Assembly: GCA_947165945.1 (NCBI GenBank)
Contig: CAMVCF010000002.1
Coordinates: 1,057-65,056, forward strand
DNA length: 64,000 nt
Source: an uncultured Clostridia bacterium
Lineage (GTDB): Bacteria; Bacillota_I; Bacilli_A; RF39; UBA660
Direction: 5' to 3'
The notes under the pieces: generated by a model
The model's input: only the letters and a program-made list of their open reading frames with translations
Databases searched by the model: none
What the model was told of the DNA's origin: nothing
Shown here: positions 58,866 to 64,000 of the stretch, piece after piece
Numbering within the stretch: position 1 is the stretch's first letter
Layout: each line of letters starts with the position of its first letter
Program-made: the position numbers and the translations under genes

Positions 58866-60911
58866 ATGAAAGTTTTGTATGTTAAGCAAACAGATGCAAA
58901 AGATTGTGGTGTATCTTGTTTAATTTCAATAGTTAGATTTTATGGTGGTTATGTAAGAAGAGAATATCTTAGAGAGCTTACAAATACAGGTATAAATGGT
59001 GTATCTTGCTATTCTTTAATTGAAGTTGCTCCTGTTTTAGGAATGGAAGCAAAAGCAGTAAAAGGAAATATTAATAATTTAAAATTACATTTACCTTGCA
59101 TTGCTCATATCATTACCAAAAACAATATGGGTCACTTTGTAGTTATTTCTAAAATTGATTCCAAATATATTACAGTTATGGATCCTAGCTGTGGTTTTTG
59201 CAAATATAATTATCAAGAATGGGAAAAAACTACTACAAATGTTTATCTTTTATATAAGCCAAAAACAACTATTTTAAAACAAGAAAAAGAAACTAGTTTT
59301 TTTAAATTAATTATACCAATTTTAAAAAAATACAAAAAAACATTTTTAATTATAATATTCTTTTCTTTTGTTTATTCTGTTTCAAATATTGTTTTATCTT
59401 ATGGATTTGAATTCTTTATGAAAAGTGATTATTCAAAAATAAAAGTTATTTTTATCTTTTTAAGTATAATTCTTTTATTAAAAGAAATAACAAATTTATT
59501 TCGAAATTATCTTATTAATTATATGAATCATATAATAGATAAAACATTAATACAAGAAATATATAATCATATTATTAGACTTCCATATTTATATTTTAAA
59601 AATCATATGAAAGGAGATATTATAACAAGAATAGAAGATTCTTTTAAAATTCGAGATGTTATTAGTAGCTGTTTTACAACATTCATTATTGATTTTATTT
59701 TTATAATAATAATATTAATAGCTATGATGCGAATTAATTTTAAACTTAGTATCTATATTTTAGGAATAACTATTTTATTAATTATAGTAATTTTTCTTTA
59801 TAACTTTATTATTAGGAAGAATTTAAAGAAAATGAAAGAACAACAAATTCTTTTAAATAACCATATTATAGAATCATTAAGTTCAGCTGATACAATTAAA
59901 AGTATGCAAATAGAAGATTTTTTAAAAGAAAAATTAGAATATAAATATAGTTTGTTACAAGAAAAAAGCTATCTTGTAAATAAAAATTTTATTAAATCTA
60001 ATTTCTTTAAAGAAATAACATATGGATTTGGACTTTTAGTTGTATTATATCTTGGAGTTTTAGATAAATTTACATTTAGTAATTTAGTTGTTTTTTATAC
60101 CCTTACAGTATATTATTTTAATCCTATAATTAATATTTGTGATTTAAACTTGCAAATAGAAGATGCTAAAATTTCATTTTTGAGAATTAAAGAATTATTA
60201 AATGTTGATGAAGAAAAACTTCTTCCAGATAAAAAAACTTTATCAAGTAAATTAAGAGGAGAAATTGATATAAAAGAATTAAAGTTTTCTTATAATGGAT
60301 TAGATTTCCCATTAATTTGTAAGAAACTGCATATTAAAGGAGGAGAAAAAGTTTTGTTATATGGTGTAAGTGGATCAGGAAAAAGCACATTAATGAAACT
60401 AATTGTTCGTTATATTGAAAGTCAAAAAGGTTATATTTTACTTGATAATAGAGCTTTAAGTGATTATAACTTATTGGATATTAGGAATAAAATAACTTAT
60501 CTTTCTCAAGATGAAACTTTATATACGGATACCGTTTATAATAATATTGTATTAAAAAACAATATTTCTTATGAAAAATATCTAGAAATTATAAAGTTAA
60601 CAGGTGTTTCTAAAATAATTGATCGAAGTATTTTAAAAAGTGATATGATGCTAGACAATAATGCAAGTAATTTATCAGGGGGAGAAAAACAAAGAATTTT
60701 ACTTGCAAGAACTCTTGCAAAGAATAGTAACATTTATATATTTGATGAATCGTTTTCAGCAATTGATATTAAAGAGGAACGAATTTTATTAAAAGAAATA
60801 TTTTCTTATCTAAAAAATAAAACAGTAATTGTAATAAGTCATCGTTTTAATAATCGGGATTTATATCAACAGTTTATTTTAGTTGAGAAAGGAGTGGTTT
60901 ATGAGTATTGA
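58866..60911 (+). CDS. Bacteriocin-processing ABC exporter with an N-terminal C39 peptidase domain (LagD/ComA/SunT class)
   Basis: C39 Cys (QTDAKDCGVSCL) and His (NMGHFVVI), six TM helices, Walker A GVSGSGKST, signature LSGGEKQR and Walker B IYIFDE. Confidence 0.9.
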   Translation: MKVLYVKQTDAKDCGVSCLISIVRFYGGYVRREYLRELTNTGINGVSCYSLIEVAPVLGMEAKAVKGNINNLKLHLPCIAHIITKNNMGHFVVISKIDSKYITVMDPSCGFCKYNYQEWEKTTTNVYLLYKPKTTILKQEKETSFFKLIIPILKKYKKTFLIIIFFSFVYSVSNIVLSYGFEFFMKSDYSKIKVIFIFLSIILLLKEITNLFRNYLINYMNHIIDKTLIQEIYNHIIRLPYLYFKNHMKGDIITRIEDSFKIRDVISSCFTTFIIDFIFIIIILIAMMRINFKLSIYILGITILLIIVIFLYNFIIRKNLKKMKEQQILLNNHIIESLSSADTIKSMQIEDFLKEKLEYKYSLLQEKSYLVNKNFIKSNFFKEITYGFGLLVVLYLGVLDKFTFSNLVVFYTLTVYYFNPIINICDLNLQIEDAKISFLRIKELLNVDEEKLLPDKKTLSSKLRGEIDIKELKFSYNGLDFPLICKKLHIKGGEKVLLYGVSGSGKSTLMKLIVRYIESQKGYILLDNRALSDYNLLDIRNKITYLSQDETLYTDTVYNNIVLKNNISYEKYLEIIKLTGVSKIIDRSILKSDMMLDNNASNLSGGEKQRILLARTLAKNSNIYIFDESFSAIDIKEERILLKEIFSYLKNKTVIVISHRFNNRDLYQQFILVEKGVVYEY

Positions 60912-61020
60912 TCCCTTTTATAAATTTGAATGTAATATTTCAAAATATCAACTTTTATATGTACTTGTAGTATTAGGTCTAGGAGTTATTCTTTTCTTTT
61001 ACCTAATTCTAGTATTTTAA
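60901..61020 (+). CDS. Small membrane ORF (39 aa, MSIDPFYKFECNISKYQLLYVLVVLGLGVILFFYLILVF), not in the ORF track
   Basis: The ATG overlaps the 3' end of the ABC gene, and there is a single C-terminal TM helix. It is an accessory or immunity candidate. Confidence 0.35.
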   Translation: MSIDPFYKFECNISKYQLLYVLVVLGLGVILFFYLILVF

Positions 61021-61036
61021 TTAGAAAGGAGAATTT

Positions 61037-61174
61037 ATGATCAATTTAAAAGAAGATGAGTTAAAAAAGATAAATGGCGGAGGAGTAGGCTGGGGAATTG
61101 TTGGTATTGGCGCTTTATTGACATTTTTAGCAGGGCTAATTGACGGCTATGCAAGACCATTTAAATGTAATTAG
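61037..61174 (+). CDS. Double-glycine-leader bacteriocin precursor 1 (45 aa)
   Basis: MINLKEDELKKINGG | GVGWGIVGIGALLTFLAGLIDGYARPFKCN. RBS AAGGAG lies 6 nt upstream. The leader fits the (L/I)..EL..I.GG consensus, and the core is Gly-rich with GxxxG motifs. Confidence 0.8.
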   Translation: MINLKEDELKKINGGGVGWGIVGIGALLTFLAGLIDGYARPFKCN

Positions 61175-61185
61175 AAAGGAGTTTT

Positions 61186-61353
61186 ATGAAAAGGTTAACT
61201 AAATTAGAAAGTCAAAAAATTATAGGTGGTGCTAGTATAACTGGAGCAATTTTAAGTTCTATTAAAGGTTGTATTAGCGTAGTTTTTGAAATAGGTCAAG
61301 CAGTAGGTGGGGCTATTAGAAGAATTTCAACAGGTAATCTATGCAAATTTTAG
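61186..61353 (+). CDS. Double-glycine-leader bacteriocin precursor 2 (55 aa)
   Basis: MKRLTKLESQKIIGG | ASITGAILSSIKGCISVVFEIGQAVGGAIRRISTGNLCKF. The same AATTAGAAAGGAG RBS cassette precedes it as for peptide 1. The core has two Cys. Confidence 0.8.
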   Translation: MKRLTKLESQKIIGGASITGAILSSIKGCISVVFEIGQAVGGAIRRISTGNLCKF

Positions 61354-61511
61354 AAAATAAAATCATTAAAAATTATATTTTACCAATTGTTTTTATTCCA
61401 ATTCTTTGCTTAATTTCTATGATAATAATTAATTTTATTTTTTCAAGTGGAAAATATTTTGGGACATTTTTAAGAGCCTTATATGAGTTAGTTTTAAAAA
61501 ATGTGAAATAA
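61341..61511 (+). CDS. Small membrane ORF (56 aa), immunity protein candidate
   Basis: MQILENKIIKNYILPIVFIPILCLISMIIINFIFSSGKYFGTFLRALYELVLKNVK. It overlaps the end of peptide 2 and has one or two TM helices. Confidence 0.4.
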   Translation: MQILENKIIKNYILPIVFIPILCLISMIIINFIFSSGKYFGTFLRALYELVLKNVK

Positions 61512-61632
61512 AAAACACCAAAAAAATAGAAAAACATATAATATTTTAGAAAAAAATGCTGATTTTTGTTGAATTTTTCGTTTTAGTTTGATATAATCTA
61601 TTTGATTTCAGAACGAAGGGAGGGAGTAATGA

Positions 61633-61827
61633 ATGACACATGTTGCTGTTAGAAATGGTAATCTAGATGGGGCTTTAAGGAAGTTTAAACAAAAAGTTGC
61701 AAGAGATGGAATCCCTTCAGAGTTCAAAAAAAGAGAAGCTTATGATAAACCAGGCGTTAAAAGACGTGAAGCAAAAAAAGCTGGTATTAAGAATGCACGT
61801 AAACGTGAAAGAAATAATAGAGACTAA
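61633..61827 (+). CDS. rpsU: Ribosomal protein S21
   Basis: 64 aa: ..V.VRNGNLDGALRKFKQKVARDGI..E.KKREAYDKPGVKRREAKKA. RBS GGGAGGGAG. Confidence 0.9.
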   Translation: MTHVAVRNGNLDGALRKFKQKVARDGIPSEFKKREAYDKPGVKRREAKKAGIKNARKRERNNRD

Positions 61828-61849
61828 TAAAATATAATTCTTTGAGAAG

Positions 61850-61878
61850 ACTTTATCTTAGATAAGGTTTTCTTTATT
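61850..61878 (+). terminator. Rho-independent terminator after rpsU
   Basis: Stem actttatc (61850-61857) pairs with gataaggt (61861-61868, one G-U pair), followed by a T-rich tract. Confidence 0.5.
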
Positions 61879-61954
61879 AATAAGCAAAAAATACTTGATA
61901 AACGTTGATTTATTTGCTATAATGTGAAAGGAATGCACGAAGGAGGAGAGAGAA

Positions 61955-62119
61955 ATGGCTAAACTTGGAAATAGACAAAGAAAGACTTTAGTATGTACTG
62001 AATGCAATGAAGAAAATTATCGTACAGAAAAAAATGTAAAAAATACAACAGATCGTTTGGAAATAAGTAAGTTCTGCAAACGTTGTGGAAAGCATACTAC
62101 TCATAAAGAGAAAAAATAA
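61955..62119 (+). CDS. rpmG: Ribosomal protein L33 (not in the ORF track)
   Basis: 54 aa: [54 protein letters not shown]. It has the CxxC...CxxC zinc ribbon and RBS AGGAGGAG. Confidence 0.9.
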   Translation: MAKLGNRQRKTLVCTECNEENYRTEKNVKNTTDRLEISKFCKRCGKHTTHKEKK

Positions 62120-62142
62120 GAATAAATTAGGAGAGAAAGATT

Positions 62143-62700
62143 ATGGTAAACGTAAATGATTTTAAAGTAGGAATGACAATCGAATATGATGGAAACATTT
62201 ACAGTGTTTTAGATTTTCAACATGTAAAGCCAGGAAAAGGTGCAGCAATAGTCAAAGCAAAGTTAAAAAATTTAAGAACCGGATCAATTGCTGAATATAC
62301 TTTTAATGCTGGAACAAAAGTTGAAACTGCACGTATTGAAAAGAAACCAATGCAATTTTTATATTCTATGAATGATATTTATTATTTTATGAATATGAAC
62401 GATTATGAGCAAATTGAGCTTGCAAAAAGTGTTATAGGTGATGATGCTAAATTATTAAAAGAAAATTTAGATGTTGACATTATATTTTTTGAAGGCGAAA
62501 TGTTGGGTATGAATTTACCAGATAAGATTGCTATGAAGGTTGTTCATACAGAACCTGGTGTTAAAGGAAATACTACTTCAACTGCTATGAAAGATGCAGA
62601 ACTTGAAAGTGGTTTAGTAATAAAAGTTCCTATGTTTATTGATCAAGATGAAATGGTTTTAATTTCAAGTAAAGATGGAAAGTATGTATCACGTGCATAG
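62143..62700 (+). CDS. efp: Elongation factor P
   Basis: 185 aa with ..NDFK.GMTIEYDGNIYSVLDFQHVKPGKGAAIVKAKLKNLRTG. Confidence 0.95.
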   Translation: MVNVNDFKVGMTIEYDGNIYSVLDFQHVKPGKGAAIVKAKLKNLRTGSIAEYTFNAGTKVETARIEKKPMQFLYSMNDIYYFMNMNDYEQIELAKSVIGDDAKLLKENLDVDIIFFEGEMLGMNLPDKIAMKVVHTEPGVKGNTTSTAMKDAELESGLVIKVPMFIDQDEMVLISSKDGKYVSRA

Positions 62701-62795
62701 TTTCTTTTTTTTAAAATTTTAAAATTATTTATAAAATTTATAGAATTCGACAAAATGAGACTTACTTATTCGCTAAACTTAAAATGGTGATTTAA

Positions 62796-63224
62796 ATGAG
62801 AAGATTTTATATTTTTAGTATTCGAGAAGAACTTTTAAGTTTATATTCAGAAAATCCAGGTAATTTATATAAAATATTAGATAGTATTTATAAAATGGAT
62901 GAAGAAGAATTAACATATGCATTTAATTTATTTAAACAGATTTGTATTTCAATAGATAGTTTAGACCTCAATAATCAAATCTATTTAAAAATGCATAATG
63001 ATCTCATTTATACAAAACTTGGAAATGAGCATATTATAAATAATTTATACAAAGATGAGGTAAGTATTCTTAAAATTAAAAAAAGTCATTTAGTACTTGA
63101 TTGTAATTCATCATATTCTTCTTTTTTTAAATTTTTAAATAAACTTAATAAAAATTATTTTATTTGTGATTTTAAAAGTGGAGATTATTTCTTTTTAAAA
63201 GATATTGAATTAGTTGTAAATTAA
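62796..63224 (+). CDS. Hypothetical protein, possibly SirA-like (sporulation inhibitor of replication, DUF2522)
   Basis: 142 aa. The MRRFYIFSIREEL..LY start and the ..CDFKSGDYFFLKDIE end resemble the SirA family pattern. The assignment is weak. Confidence 0.35.
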   Translation: MRRFYIFSIREELLSLYSENPGNLYKILDSIYKMDEEELTYAFNLFKQICISIDSLDLNNQIYLKMHNDLIYTKLGNEHIINNLYKDEVSILKIKKSHLVLDCNSSYSSFFKFLNKLNKNYFICDFKSGDYFFLKDIELVVN

Positions 63225-63259
63225 TTTTGTGTAAACTTAGATTGAATTATCCAAATATC

Positions 63260-63286
63260 TAGTATATAATATACTATATAGTAGTG
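63260..63286. promoter_or_regulatory. Overlapping palindromes across the -10 region and leader of the small-ORF/Fic operon (candidate operator)
   Basis: TAGTATAT-a-ATATACTA (63260-63276) contains TATAAT (63265-63270). The 12-bp perfect palindrome TACTATATAGTA is at 63272-63283. The 15-mer TACTATATAGTAGTG also occurs at 9621-9635. Confidence 0.45.
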
Positions 63287-63293
63287 AGGATGT

Positions 63294-63470
63294 ATGGATG
63301 AATTAGAAAAAAAGAAAAGGATGTTAGAAGCAATTAAACAAGCTATTGCAATTATGAATTTAGAAATTGAATTTAATATATCTTATGACTTAAAAACAAT
63401 TGATGATGTTAAAAATAAAGTATTAAAATTAGGTGGTAAAGATGAAGAATTGGGAAGATTATGTAGATAG
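63294..63470 (+). CDS. Small ORF (58 aa) overlapping the Fic gene start; antitoxin or regulator candidate
   Basis: MDELEKKKRMLEAIKQAIAIMNLEIEFNISYDLKTIDDVKNKVLKLGGKDEELGRLCR. It overlaps the Fic ORF by 29 nt. Not in the ORF track. Confidence 0.35.
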   Translation: MDELEKKKRMLEAIKQAIAIMNLEIEFNISYDLKTIDDVKNKVLKLGGKDEELGRLCR

Positions 63471-64000
63471 TAATGGTGTTTTAAAAAACAAACTTGGTAT
63501 TACAAATGTTAAAGAGTTAGTAGAAAAAGAAACAGAAATTGTTACAGCAAAACTTAGTTTATTAATTTTAAATGGTATAGAAGGTAATTTTGATCTCAAA
63601 CATTTATGTGATATTCATAAATATTTGTTTGAAGAATTATACGATTTTGCTGGTGAATTAAGAGAGGTTGATATTTATAAAAAATATACTGCTTTTTTAA
63701 GTCATGAAAAACTAAAAGAAACTTTAGATAAAGTTATGAAAGAGGCAATTGATCAAGAAGTAAATCAAAATAATTCATTTGAAATTGCAAAGTTTTTAGG
63801 TGATTATTACTATAATCTAATTTTAATTCATCCATTTAGAGAAGGAAATGGAAGATGTATTAGAGAGTTTTTAAGAGAATTTACAAATTATAAGTTTCCA
63901 AATTATCATCTTGATTATACTAAGATAAACAAAGAAAATTTTCTTTTGGGAATAACTGAAAAAGATACATATCCATTGCTTCTTGCTTATGAAATAAATA
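63442..64000 (+). CDS. Fic-domain protein (AMPylase/Fic-Doc family), 3' end outside the window
   Basis: The canonical motif HPFREGNGRCIREF (HxFx[DE]GNGRxxR) is present, with the N-terminus ..VLKNKLGIT....L...E and RBS AGGTGG. The ORF runs to the window edge. Confidence 0.85.
   Translation, partial: MKNWEDYVDSNGVLKNKLGITNVKELVEKETEIVTAKLSLLILNGIEGNFDLKHLCDIHKYLFEELYDFAGELREVDIYKKYTAFLSHEKLKETLDKVMKEAIDQEVNQNNSFEIAKFLGDYYYNLILIHPFREGNGRCIREFLREFTNYKFPNYHLDYTKINKENFLLGITEKDTYPLLLAYEIN

Noticed and set aside
63294-63470. Calling the 58-aa ORF a VbhA-type Fic antitoxin
   Set aside because: No (S/T)xxxE(G/N) inhibitory motif could be aligned. The Glu residues at positions 24 and 26 lack a Ser or Thr four residues upstream. 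The function is left open.

Overview
The window is very AT-rich (roughly 25-30% G+C by eye) and uses the standard code: TGA and TAA act as stops, and Trp is TGG. It looks like a low-GC Firmicute, Clostridia- or Erysipelotrichia-like, because yunB-like and sirA-like sporulation genes are present. No rRNA, tRNA or CRISPR array was seen.

Layout:
- 1-9.4 kb is mostly core genes: tgt, tsaC/sua5, recX, yunB-like and glyA. It also holds a few hypotheticals, an orphan GspE/PilB-type ATPase and the eroded remnant of an AAA ATPase gene.
- 9.4-20.3 kb is a Gram-positive conjugation-type type IV secretion island. It encodes VirB6-like, VirB3/PrgI-like, VirB4, a cell-wall hydrolase, a lipoprotein and a VirD4 coupling protein. 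I see no relaxase, integrase or replication gene, and the island sits between glyA and tex.
- 20.3-31 kb holds tex, an AddA-type helicase-nuclease split by a nearly pure A/T filler with no addB next to it, rpmB, rsmE, mtaB and comEB.
- 31-54.6 kb holds two back-to-back cell-surface glycopolymer loci. They include Wzx, GT14, three paralogous GT2, a Wzy/ligase-like protein, GT4s, an Alg14/Alg13-like pair, a deacetylase, an LCP ligase, the FnlA/B/C UDP-L-FucNAc pathway, an LtaS-like transferase, a GT4-polymerase fusion and MurJ.
- 54.6-58.1 kb holds a DUF3048 protein and a gpx-ohrR-trxA-trxB redox cluster.
- 58.1-61.5 kb is a class II bacteriocin locus: a C39-peptidase ABC exporter, two double-glycine-leader peptides absent from the ORF track, small membrane ORFs, and a divergent LexA-like regulator without the catalytic serine.
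- The remainder holds rpsU, rpmG, efp, a SirA-like ORF and a 3'-truncated Fic-domain gene.

Main second-look items:
- A roughly 125-nt A-depleted, GC-rich patch at the 3' end of the first (5'-truncated) gene has the codon-position signature of a diversity-generating retroelement variable repeat.
- The T4SS island has no relaxase.
- The two-peptide bacteriocin locus is not in the ORF track.
- A 15-nt palindrome-containing leader motif is shared by the T4SS operon and the Fic operon.

All family assignments come from motif recognition by eye. No database search was run.
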